A DNA stretch of 64,000 nucleotides, from contig JBBIHY010000011.1 in NCBI GenBank assembly GCA_037446695.1, positions 23,172 to 87,171 of the forward strand, in the 5' to 3' direction. Below the pieces are notes generated by a model, which saw nothing but the letters and a program-made list of their open reading frames with translations, searched no databases and was not told the DNA's origin. This stretch comes from Bacteroidota bacterium (GTDB lineage Bacteria; Bacteroidota; Bacteroidia; Bacteroidales; PUMT01). Both the position numbers and the translations under genes were made by a program. This document shows, piece after piece, positions 30,041-38,597 of the stretch (positions are counted from its first letter, which is position 1; each line of letters starts with the position of its first letter).

Positions 30041-31402
30041 ATGAACATTAGCAGAGAGAACAAAGATGAGCTAAATGCCATATTGCGCATTCAGATTGAG
30101 AAAAGTGACTACGAGCAGCAGCTTTCAGATAAGCTGAAGGAGTATAAGCGCACGACTCAAATTCCGGGTTTCCGCAAGGGGATGGTACCAGCTGGAATCA
30201 TCAACAAAATGTACCGCAAACCACTGCTTCTTGAACAGTTGAACAAGATCGTTTCCGATTCCCTTAACAATTATATTCAGGAAGAGAAGCTGGATATTCT
30301 TGGGGAACCTTTGAGCAGTCCTACAGAGCAAAAACCCCTTGACCTGGATTCCCAGGATGAGTTTGAATTTGTTTTTGATCTGGGACTGGCACCCAAAATT
30401 GAGGTTAACCTTTCGAAAAAAGTGATAATCCCTTATTATACTGTTAAGGTAGATGATACCATGGTGGATAATTATGCAAGTGCCCATGCAAACCGGTTTG
30501 GAAAATACAATCCTGCCGAAACAGCCGGAGAGGAGGACCTTCTGAAAGGGAAACTGGAACAGCTTGGCCAGGAAGGGCAAGCGGTTGAAGGGGGTATTAC
30601 AGTTGAAAGTGCACCCGTTTCATTAAAATTACTTGCTGATAAAAAACTTCAAAAGTCATTGAGTGGTGCCAAAGCAGGAGATGTTTTCGAAATTGATGTT
30701 GCAAAGGCCTTTCCCGATGAAACTGACAGAGCAGCCCTTTTGAATGTAAAAAAGGAAGAACTTGGCGGAATCACCAGCAATTTCCGCTATACGGTGAATG
30801 AGGTTTTACGGTTTGATAAGGCCGAAATGAATACCGAACTGTTTGACCTTGTTTTTGGAAAAGATGTGGTTAAAAGTGAGGAAGAATTCAGAAACCGGGT
30901 TAAAAACACCATTCTTGGTGATTATCAAATGGACAGCAATTACAAATTTTTCCTTGATGCACGCGACATAATAGTGAATTCTCTCAAGGCAGACCTGCCG
31001 GTGGATTTCCTTAAAAGATGGATTCTGGAAACAAACAAGGGTAAAATCACGAAGGAAGAAGTGGAAAAAGACTTCGGCCATTTTGAGAAGGACTTGAAGT
31101 GGCAAATGGTAAGAGATCGTATTGTAAAGGAGAACAAGATTGAAGTTACCCCGGAGGAGGTATTGGAAACAGCCAAACAAATGACTCTGCGGCAGTTTCG
31201 TAATTATGGCATGATGAATATCCCTGACACATACCTGGAGAGCTACGCCCAGGAGACACTTAAGAAAGACGAAGAAAGAAAAAAACTGATTGAAAGAAAA
31301 TTTCACGACAAGGTGATTGATTTCATAAAGGAAAACGTGAAGCTGGATACAAAGGAGCTAAGCCAGGAGAAATTTGCTGAACTTTTTAAGCACGGAGAAT
31401 AA
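30041..31402 (+). CDS. tig: trigger factor
   Basis: The 453-aa ORF has the ribosome-binding signature (GFRKGMVP) and trigger-factor domain order. Its conserved neighbours are clpP/clpX. Confidence 0.9.
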   Translation: MNISRENKDELNAILRIQIEKSDYEQQLSDKLKEYKRTTQIPGFRKGMVPAGIINKMYRKPLLLEQLNKIVSDSLNNYIQEEKLDILGEPLSSPTEQKPLDLDSQDEFEFVFDLGLAPKIEVNLSKKVIIPYYTVKVDDTMVDNYASAHANRFGKYNPAETAGEEDLLKGKLEQLGQEGQAVEGGITVESAPVSLKLLADKKLQKSLSGAKAGDVFEIDVAKAFPDETDRAALLNVKKEELGGITSNFRYTVNEVLRFDKAEMNTELFDLVFGKDVVKSEEEFRNRVKNTILGDYQMDSNYKFFLDARDIIVNSLKADLPVDFLKRWILETNKGKITKEEVEKDFGHFEKDLKWQMVRDRIVKENKIEVTPEEVLETAKQMTLRQFRNYGMMNIPDTYLESYAQETLKKDEERKKLIERKFHDKVIDFIKENVKLDTKELSQEKFAELFKHGE

Positions 31403-31434
31403 TAATCAGGACTGATTAGGGTTTAATAAAAAAC

Positions 31435-31470
31435 ATGGGAGAAGGAAAAAACCGGTCTCCCATTATTTTG
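31435..31470 (+). terminator. putative terminator after tig
   Basis: The stem ATGGGAGA/TCTCCCAT is followed by TATTTTG. Confidence 0.5.
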
Positions 31471-31498
31471 AAACATACTGATGTGATCCTTTGCCTTC

Positions 31499-32017
31499 AT
31501 GGTGTCATGCATGGCTATAAAACCTATAATGCTCCGCACCGATAACGGCAGCCAGTTTATCGCCCACGGATTGCGTAACTTCTGCAAAAATAATGGGATT
31601 GCACAGGAGTTCACCCTCGTGGCCACACCAGAGGAGAATTCCTACGTGAAAAGCCTGTTCTCACTGGTGGAAAATGAAGTAATCCAGCGCTGTGAGTTTG
31701 AAAGCCTATACCACGCCAGAGACATATTCCAGAGGTATTTCAACTGGCATAACCACAAAAAAAGAAGGCATACTTTAGGTCGGATCAGTCCTGCAGAGTA
31801 TTGGAATACAGTCTTTAATTTGCATCTTGTTAAGCCACCAGCAGCGCTAAGTGGAGAATTTGTCAAGGGCGATGATACCAATAAAAAAATAAACAATTTA
31901 TCATCGCTCGTATTACCCTTGACAAATTCGAAACGTGGGCTATCTTTGCTTAACGAGGATGACAATGAAAACGTCCTAAACCTTTTTGAAAAATCTGTCC
32001 AAAGAATAGGGGGTTAA
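31499..32017 (+). mobile_element. 5'-truncated IS3-family transposase (integrase-core C-terminal remnant)
   Basis: Only the distal part of the rve/DDE core is present (LRTDNGSQFIAH ... PEENSYVKSLFSLVENEV ... YFNWHNHKKRRHTLGRISPAEYW). There is no N-terminal HTH or the first two catalytic Asp residues. An unusual ~70-aa tail follows. Confidence 0.75.
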
Positions 32018-32106
32018 GACAAAACCATATGAAATATTATTAAAATCTCTATTTTGTCTACGAGCTGACATTATTAAGAGAATTAATAAAGAGCAAACAG
32101 TTATTT

Positions 32107-32495
32107 TTTTCATCCGTAAATAATTTTTTGATTAAGGTCGGATGGAACTCCATGTTTGCTATTTTCATTGGTGTTTGTGTTTATTCGCAAACATGTTCGT
32201 TTCATCATTACAAAATATTTATATTGTTAATTACCAATATATTACCTTCTAGCTTTTAACAGTCATTATCGAGCGGATGGAACACCCATATTTTGTTCAT
32301 TGGTGTTTGTGCTAGCTGTCTTACATGGGTGTTTCATCCGTATAAAATATTTATGTTGTTAATTACAAGCATGTTACACCTTGTCGTTTAATGCTCTTTA
32401 ACAAACGGATGCCTGCCTGCCGGCAGACAGGGAACACCCATGTTGCTGATTTTGTTATTATTGTGTTTGTATTTGCAAAAACACGGGTGTTTCAT
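32107..32495 (+). repeat. tandem array (3 units) of structured intergenic repeat
   Basis: The hairpins lie at 32139-32205, 32274-32340 and 32406-32495. They are separated by conserved ~65-nt AT-rich linkers. Unit 2 has 16-nt arms, CGGATGGAACACCCAT and ATGGGTGTTTCATCCG. Unit 3 carries the insert CCTGCCTGCCGGCAGACAGG. Confidence 0.9.
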
Positions 32496-32507
32496 AATAT
32501 GACTGAT

Positions 32508-32927
32508 TTATTCAAAGATTTCAGATTTTTCAATTCCTAAAATTGCATTCTTACGGGTAATCAAGTATATGACTAGGTGAATGATAATACCAATCCCCCA
32601 GAAAAAAGCTGCGACATAAACAATTCTAATGCTTTCATAGTGTGGATGAAAACCAAATAAAAACCATAAGACTGACACCGTATTGAAAAGCAAGTATGTT
32701 ACAAAATGAAAACGAAATCCAATGTCATATAAAGGTAGAGTTTCATAATCCCTTTTGCCAAATAGCCAACCTATGAAAAGATTATAGAAAAAATAGATTA
32801 CCGCAATAATCCATACCAGAGTATATGTGCGATTTTCTAAAAAGTAACTCAAACCATACCAAAAAACTATGGCACCTATGAAAAAGAAAATCCCAAAATA
32901 CTTAAGGTTTTTTGTTAAAGCTTTCAT
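32508..32927 (-). CDS. small polytopic membrane protein (PadR operon partner)
   Basis: The 139-aa ORF has about 4 TM helices and starts 2 nt after the PadR stop. Confidence 0.6.
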   Translation of the reverse strand: MKALTKNLKYFGIFFFIGAIVFWYGLSYFLENRTYTLVWIIAVIYFFYNLFIGWLFGKRDYETLPLYDIGFRFHFVTYLLFNTVSVLWFLFGFHPHYESIRIVYVAAFFWGIGIIIHLVIYLITRKNAILGIEKSEIFE

Positions 32928-32929
32928 TT

Positions 32930-33301
32930 TTAGCCCTCCTTGTTTATTAAGTTTTTAATGCGATTGTTAAAAAACAGAGAAATATTTCTATCAATAAAAT
33001 TTTCTAGTAGTGTATGACCTACTTCGGTCAAGAAGTAGTATTTACGTTCAGGACCTTTGTTGCCTTCGCCTGTTTCAAAATCAACAACTCCTATGTGTTG
33101 AAATTTTCTAAGTGTTCGATAAAGGCTTTGACTTTCACAAGTCATTGTATGATTAGACTTTTCTTCAACAAAGCCTTTTATTTCATCAACATATTTTTTC
33201 CCATCTTTCAATGAAAGAAAAATCCATAGAGTCAATTGCCCCTTTTTATAGGTTTCCTCCCAGGCTGATAATAATTCAGATAATAGTTTGTTTTCACTCA
33301 T
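32930..33301 (-). CDS. PadR-family transcriptional regulator
   Basis: The winged-helix PadR pattern is present (GQLTLWIFLSL..GKKYVDEI ... SQSLYRTLRKFQHIGVV ... KYYFLTEVG). The start is taken at the internal ATG 33301 because a -33/-7 promoter lies inside the longer ORF-track extension. Confidence 0.8.
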   Translation of the reverse strand: MSENKLLSELLSAWEETYKKGQLTLWIFLSLKDGKKYVDEIKGFVEEKSNHTMTCESQSLYRTLRKFQHIGVVDFETGEGNKGPERKYYFLTEVGHTLLENFIDRNISLFFNNRIKNLINKEG

Positions 33302-33337
33302 AATGTAATCATTTAGTATTAAACAATATGTTTTGTA

Positions 33338-33370
33338 CAAAGGTAATACATTCTTTTTAAGAAAAACAAA
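33338..33370 (-). promoter_or_regulatory. putative Bacteroidota promoter of PadR operon (-33 TTTG, -7 TACCTTTG)
   Basis: On the minus strand, TTTG sits at 33370-33367 and TACCTTTG at 33345-33338. The -7 box lies 37 nt upstream of the ATG. Confidence 0.45.
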
Positions 33371-33775
33371 TAAATTTGAAAAAATAATCACCCGCCTTTA
33401 AAAAGGGAATAACCGGGTTAAGGATAACCGGCAGCTTTATCCACCTGGCAAGCAATGCGAACCGTACAGCACACATCATGAGGATTGGAGCATTGAAACC
33501 CGGTTTGATTACTGTTCAACCCTCCCTTTTGCTTCGGCATCCCGATTTATGGGGACGGGTTTCACAGCATCAATCCCGAGCCCGATGTTGCATTCGCCCT
33601 ACCGGTTTGACAATCAGTTAAATCCTTAAGATAACGTTCCAATAAATTTGACCCTTAGTCGATATTCCGTTCAAAATGAGACATTCCTGAGACTTTCCTG
33701 TAAAATTTTGTGTTATTTATTCATTTTTCTCAGATTATTATACAAAATAGGATATCTTCACAGAAATTATAAATA

Positions 33776-34843
33776 ATGAAATCACTACAAATTGGGAATC
33801 TGGTAATAGCAGTACCAGTTGTTCAGGGTGGAATGGGGGTAGGAATTTCTCTTTCCGGTCTAGCTGCTGCTATTGCCAATGAAGGTGGTATAGGTGTAAT
33901 ATCAAGTGCCGGTCTAGGTCTTTTATATAAAAATTTCTCCGATAATTTTCTTATTGCAAGCATCCACGGATTAAAAGAAGAGATCCGCAAAGCACGGGAA
34001 AAAACAAAGGGTATAATTGGTGTTAATGTATTGGTAGCTATGACAAACTTTGCGGATATGGTCCGAACTGCAATTTCTGAAAAGATCGATATTTTAATTG
34101 CAGGAGCAGGTCTGCCTCTCGATTTACCATCTTTTTTAAAAAAAGACAGTACTACTAAACTTGTTCCTATTGTTTCTTCAGCCAGAGCTGCTAAAATAAT
34201 ATGTGAGAAATGGAAAACAAGTTACAATTATCTTCCTGACGCAGTTATCGTGGAAGGACCAAAAGCGGGTGGTCACCTTGGTTTTAAAGAAGAGCAGATC
34301 AATGACAATGACTATTCGCTTGAAAAACTGGTACCTGAGATCGTCAACGAATTAAAAGTATTTGAAAAAGAAAATAATCAGTCAATCCCACTAATTGCTG
34401 CCGGAGGAATATATACAGGCGGAGATATTAACGAGATATTTAAGCTCGGAGCATCCGGTGTACAGATGGGTACAAGATTTGTAACTACTGAAGAATGTGA
34501 CGCCTCTCCGGCTTTTAAGCAGAGTTACATAGATGCCGAAGAAAAGGATATTGAGATTATTAAAAGTCCGGTCGGAATGCCTGGCAGGGCAATATTTTCC
34601 AGTTTCTTACAAAAGGTCAGGGATGGTAAAAAACAACCCAAAAACTGTCCGTTCAAGTGTATAAAGACATGTGACATTTCAAAAAGTCCTTACTGTATAA
34701 TAATTGCTCTCATAAATGCGCTCAAAGGTAATTTCGAAAATGGTTTCGCCTTTGCCGGTTCTAATGCTTTCAAAGCAACAAAAATTTCTTCAGTAAAGGA
34801 AGTATTTCAGTCCCTAATAAGGGAATATAAAGAAAATAAATAA
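33776..34843 (+). CDS. NAD(P)H-dependent flavin oxidoreductase, nitronate monooxygenase / FabK-like family
   Basis: The 355-aa TIM-barrel NMO pattern is present (PVVQGGMGVGIS, VIVEGPKAGGHLG, AAGGI..G, GVQMGTRF). Confidence 0.8.
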   Translation: MKSLQIGNLVIAVPVVQGGMGVGISLSGLAAAIANEGGIGVISSAGLGLLYKNFSDNFLIASIHGLKEEIRKAREKTKGIIGVNVLVAMTNFADMVRTAISEKIDILIAGAGLPLDLPSFLKKDSTTKLVPIVSSARAAKIICEKWKTSYNYLPDAVIVEGPKAGGHLGFKEEQINDNDYSLEKLVPEIVNELKVFEKENNQSIPLIAAGGIYTGGDINEIFKLGASGVQMGTRFVTTEECDASPAFKQSYIDAEEKDIEIIKSPVGMPGRAIFSSFLQKVRDGKKQPKNCPFKCIKTCDISKSPYCIIIALINALKGNFENGFAFAGSNAFKATKISSVKEVFQSLIREYKENK

Positions 34844-34965
34844 CTGTTCGTAGTCTGTTCCTGAATTTATGTTAGCAAATACTTGGTAAAGGATCTTTTA
34901 AATTTATTTATAAAATAATACAAAATATCAATACAATAGATTCTAAAAGGTTAAAATCTTGATAA

Positions 34966-35289
34966 TTAAACACAACGCACCATAACACGGACAATATGGG
35001 GAAGTTGTATTGTCACACTTTTTGCTTTTGCTCCTGCACTCAAGACAGATTTGTAATGGTTCTTACACCCGGACACGCGTATCTGCCCGTAATAAAACCT
35101 TGTATACCGTGATAGTTTTCTGACTCCGATCAACTTTGTACCGTGACACACATAATACTTAATAAAACCTGTACCCGGACGGCAAAAAGTGCACCATGGT
35201 TTGTTCATTTCGACTGTGTGCCGGGACTCTTCCCCGAAGAATACTTTTTGGTCACAGCCTCCATTCTCAAACCAACACAACCTCCCCAT
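34966..35289 (-). CDS. hypothetical Cys-rich small protein (doubtful)
   Basis: The 107-aa ORF lies in a locally GC-richer patch and has 7 Cys, including a CxxC. I recognise no family. It may be non-coding or a gene remnant. Confidence 0.25.
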   Translation of the reverse strand: MGRLCWFENGGCDQKVFFGEESRHTVEMNKPWCTFCRPGTGFIKYYVCHGTKLIGVRKLSRYTRFYYGQIRVSGCKNHYKSVLSAGAKAKSVTIQLPHIVRVMVRCV

Positions 35290-35594
35290 ATTGCCGGGCC
35301 GATGGTATGCAATACACTTCGCTTAGCGGCTGCTTCATTTAAAAATTGAAGCACTTAGAACAGGGCAGGCAGATCGAATAGCTTTTTTAACTAACTTGTA
35401 CACAAAAATCAGGATGATTTTTAAATTCCAGAGCCCGATGCCTGTAATTTTAGAACTGCAGCAAAAACATGAAATCATTGTGAAATCGAATCTGTTAAAT
35501 AATTGTTTTTTGTAACTTTGATTTTTAGACGATAAAAGATGATTGATATAAAAAAACAAATTGACTATGGATTAAGGGAGCTGGCGATGATTTA

Positions 35595-35918
35595 TTGACA
35601 GCTGAATTGTTAATTCGGGAAAGCAGAATTTTACATGGATTGTTTTTCTGTCACTTAGTGATAGAGAAAGCGATTAAAGCTCATATTGTTAAAACTTCTA
35701 AAGAAATTGCCCCTAAGTCGCACAACTTGATTTATTTATCCGAGAAAGCCAACTTAACATTTGATAATGACACCGAAATCTTTCTGGGAATTTTAATGAG
35801 GTATCAGTTACTAGGTAGATACCCTGATTATAATCCAGTAATACCAGATATTATAAAAGTTAATGGATACTTTGAAAAAACTAAAACTTTATTACAATGG
35901 CTAATAGAGAAATTGTAG
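35595..35918 (+). CDS. HEPN-domain protein (toxin-like partner of MNT), 5' end frameshifted or internally initiated
   Basis: The HEPN helical pattern is present (FFCHLVIEKAIKAHIV ... PKSHNLIYL ... LLGRYPDY). An upstream ATG at 35539 encodes MIDIKKQIDY in another frame, and the main frame continues as WIKGAGDDLLTAELL. Confidence 0.7.
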   Translation: MTAELLIRESRILHGLFFCHLVIEKAIKAHIVKTSKEIAPKSHNLIYLSEKANLTFDNDTEIFLGILMRYQLLGRYPDYNPVIPDIIKVNGYFEKTKTLLQWLIEKL

Positions 35919-36205
35919 ATATTTTGAAAAAGTATATTTTAGTTTTACGTTCAGAGGGAATAAACATTGATAAAGCATATTTATATGGCAGCTATTTGTC
36001 AAATACAGCAACTGATGAGAGCGATATTGATATTCTGATTGTTACTGATAATGAAGACGATTATTTAATTGGTAAAATATGGAGTTTGACAAGAAAGGTA
36101 AATTCAAAAATTGAACCTTATCTAGTTGGAAAAAGAAGGTTTATTAGTAATAATGACTCTCCGTTAATTGATTTAGTAAAAAGGACTGGAATAGAAATAT
36201 CATAA
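35897..36205 (+). CDS. minimal nucleotidyltransferase (MNT, antitoxin-like)
   Basis: The 102-aa ORF has the Pol-beta-type NTase motif (LYGSYLSN...ESDIDILIV). It overlaps the HEPN gene by 22 nt. Confidence 0.8.
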   Translation: MANREIVDILKKYILVLRSEGINIDKAYLYGSYLSNTATDESDIDILIVTDNEDDYLIGKIWSLTRKVNSKIEPYLVGKRRFISNNDSPLIDLVKRTGIEIS

Positions 36206-36487
36206 AAAAACCACAGACTAAAAACACATAGGACTTTAAGCGGTACGAAGTGCCAGGTATCAGGGTATTCAGTTTTCAAGGGTTTTTTAAAGGCGGTTTT
36301 TATATTTCAGCAGGTGGAAAAAGCAGCAGGTTTTAATTTCTTTGCTTCATTTTTTATAGTTTATTAAAAAATTCAAATCAAACATCGTTATTTCGCTCAG
36401 GCAGAAATTTTTTGCCCACAACGGGCAGTAGTACTCCGTTTCGCCCCGGTATGCGATTTATTAGAAAGATTCAGTCAGGTAAAACTT

Positions 36488-36495
36488 TAATTTTG
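36488..36495 (+). promoter_or_regulatory. putative -7 box (TAATTTTG) for clpP
   Basis: The sequence matches TAnnTTTG and lies 49 nt upstream of the clpP ATG. Confidence 0.4.
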
Positions 36496-36543
36496 CTTTA
36501 CGGATTGTTTTTCTAACTTTAACCAAACTTAAATTCAATACCC

Positions 36544-37233
36544 ATGAATCGTAATGATGATTTTTTTAAATATGCCACCAAACACAGGGGCATGAACAGC
36601 CTTGGGCTGGAAAAGTTTCTTTCGGTTTACAATAATTACATATCACCAACCATCATTGAAGAACGCCAGTTGAATATTGCCACCATGGATGTTTTTTCCA
36701 GATTAATGATGGACAGGATTATTTTCCTTGGTCTTCCGATTGACGATTACGTTGCCAACATTATTCAGGCTCAGCTTTTGTTTCTGGAGTCATCGGATCC
36801 GGCAAAGGACATTCAGATTTACATCAACAGCCCAGGGGGCTCGGTTCATGCAGGGCTTGGTATTTATGATACCATGCAATATATCAGTGCCGATGTTTCT
36901 ACAATTTGTACAGGTATGGCTGCTTCCATGGCAGCAGTTTTGCTTGCAGCCGGAACCAAAGGAAAACGATCCGGCCTGAAACATTCACGTATGATGATTC
37001 ATCAACCAATGGGTGGTGCGCAGGGACAGGTAACGGAGATTGAAATCATTGTGCGGGAGATTCAAAAATTAAAGCAGGAGTTGTACGAGATTATCTCGGA
37101 CCATACCGGCCAACCTTTTGAAAGAGTTGAAAAAGACTCGGATCGTGATTTCTGGATGAAGGCCGAAGAGGCAAAGGAATATGGAATCATTGATGAGGTT
37201 TTATTCAGGGAAAAGAAAAAGAAAGCAGAATAA
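36544..37233 (+). CDS. clpP: ATP-dependent Clp protease proteolytic subunit
   Basis: The 229-aa ORF has the ClpP pattern (INSPGGSV, catalytic-Ser region [13 protein letters not shown]). Confidence 0.95.
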   Translation: MNRNDDFFKYATKHRGMNSLGLEKFLSVYNNYISPTIIEERQLNIATMDVFSRLMMDRIIFLGLPIDDYVANIIQAQLLFLESSDPAKDIQIYINSPGGSVHAGLGIYDTMQYISADVSTICTGMAASMAAVLLAAGTKGKRSGLKHSRMMIHQPMGGAQGQVTEIEIIVREIQKLKQELYEIISDHTGQPFERVEKDSDRDFWMKAEEAKEYGIIDEVLFREKKKKAE

Positions 37234-37324
37234 GTTGAAAGGGATCACTTGATTCTAATGTGTTATTTTTGATATATTTTCAGGGTTTATATGACCAATG
37301 TGCCTGACTTTTAACCTGATTTTT

Positions 37325-37332
37325 TATATTTG
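37325..37332 (+). promoter_or_regulatory. putative -7 box (TATATTTG) for clpX inside a TAACCTG/CAGGTTA hairpin
   Basis: The TAnnTTTG match lies 33 nt upstream of the clpX ATG. The flanking 7-bp inverted repeat spans 37312-37339. Confidence 0.35.
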
Positions 37333-37364
37333 CAGGTTAGAGGACAACCCGAAAATGATAGAAT

Positions 37365-38597
37365 ATGAAAAGTGAACTGGAAAAATGCTCTTTTTGCGGC
37401 CGCCACAAGAGACAAACCAACCTGTTGATAGCAGGGATTGAAGCCAAAATATGTGATGTATGTGCTGAACAGGCCTATGGGGTTGTAAAAGAGGAATCGC
37501 AGAGAAAATCCGCTTTTGATGTTCAGAAAATCAAACTTCTGAGGCCGGTTGAAATCAAAAAATTTCTCGATCAATACGTAATAGGGCAGGAAGAAGCGAA
37601 AAAATACCTTTCAGTTGCAGTGTATAATCATTACAAGCGGCTTATACAGACGAGGCACCAGGATGAAGAAGACATTGAAATTGAGAAATCCAATATTATT
37701 CTTGTAGGGGAAACCGGAACAGGCAAAACCCTTCTTGCAAGAACCATTGCCAAATTATTGCATGTTCCCTTTACCATTGTGGACGCCACGGTTCTTACTG
37801 AGGCAGGTTATGTGGGCGAAGACATAGAAAGCATCCTTACCCGCCTTTTACAGGTGGCTGATTACAATTTGGAAGCTGCAGAAAAAGGCATCGTTTTTAT
37901 TGACGAAATAGACAAAATAGCACGGAAATCTGACAATCCTTCCATTACAAGGGATGTGAGCGGGGAAGGTGTTCAGCAGGGTTTGCTTAAATTGCTGGAA
38001 GGCTCGGTTGTGAATGTGCCGCCCCAGGGTGGGAGAAAACATCCGGAACAAAAAATGATTGCGGTTGACACAAAGAACATTCTTTTTATTTGCGGAGGTG
38101 CTTTTGACGGAATTGAAAAGAAAATAGCGCACCGTTTGAATACAAAAGTTGTTGGTTTCACCGCTATTGAGGAAACCAATCAGGTTGACAGGAATAACCT
38201 CCTGCAGTATATTGCACCACAGGATTTGAAATCCTACGGAATGATTCCGGAGATAATCGGCAGACTGCCGGTTCTAACATACCTTGATCCGCTGGACAGG
38301 GATGCGCTGCGTGCAATTTTGACCGAACCCAAAAATTCCATTGTAAAGCAATATAAAAAGCTTTTCAGAATGGATGGTATTGAGCTGCAGTTTGACGAGG
38401 AAGTGTTTGAGTTCATTGTTGACAAAGCCATTGAATTCAAGCTGGGAGCAAGGGGTTTGCGCTCCATTTGTGAGGTTATAATGATGGATGCTATGTTTGA
38501 ACTTCCTTCCGGGGAAGAAAACAAGATAGTGGTAGATAAAAATTACGCTGTGAAGAAACTGCAAAAAACAGATCAGAAACGATTGAGAGCAGCATAA
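37365..38597 (+). CDS. clpX: ATP-dependent Clp protease ATP-binding subunit ClpX
   Basis: The 410-aa ORF has an N-terminal zinc finger (CSFCG...CDVC), Walker A (GETGTGKT), Walker B (IVFIDEIDK) and a GYVG pore loop. Confidence 0.96.
   Translation: MKSELEKCSFCGRHKRQTNLLIAGIEAKICDVCAEQAYGVVKEESQRKSAFDVQKIKLLRPVEIKKFLDQYVIGQEEAKKYLSVAVYNHYKRLIQTRHQDEEDIEIEKSNIILVGETGTGKTLLARTIAKLLHVPFTIVDATVLTEAGYVGEDIESILTRLLQVADYNLEAAEKGIVFIDEIDKIARKSDNPSITRDVSGEGVQQGLLKLLEGSVVNVPPQGGRKHPEQKMIAVDTKNILFICGGAFDGIEKKIAHRLNTKVVGFTAIEETNQVDRNNLLQYIAPQDLKSYGMIPEIIGRLPVLTYLDPLDRDALRAILTEPKNSIVKQYKKLFRMDGIELQFDEEVFEFIVDKAIEFKLGARGLRSICEVIMMDAMFELPSGEENKIVVDKNYAVKKLQKTDQKRLRAA

Noticed and set aside
30125-31306. 151-aa and 166-aa minus-strand ORFs within tig.
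   Set aside because: They are antisense to trigger factor and have no motifs.
31642-31965. 107-aa minus-strand ORF (and 31423-31626 minus) in the transposase remnant.
   Set aside because: The plus-strand frame carries recognisable IS3 integrase-core motifs, and the minus-strand ORFs carry none.
32107-32495. Considered whether the tandem hairpin array is a small CRISPR array.
   Set aside because: The inter-hairpin linkers are conserved between units and with the dispersed copies, so they are not unique spacers. The hairpin units are 67-90 nt, much longer than CRISPR repeats. No cas genes or leader are present in the window.
33302-33391. N-terminal extensions given by the ORF track. They affect PadR (33302-33391), lipoprotein 2 (40467-40511), the transporter (44936-44989), atpE (52802-52906), the polyprenyl synthase (59387-59434) and the response regulator (45518-45562).
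   Set aside because: Internal ATG starts give canonical N-termini (signal peptide, family-typical start). For PadR a -33/-7 promoter lies inside the extension, and the atpE extension overlaps the atpB coding end.
37311-37574. 87-aa minus-strand ORF spanning the clpP-clpX gap and the clpX 5' end.
   Set aside because: It overlaps the clpX zinc-finger coding region in antisense and has no support.
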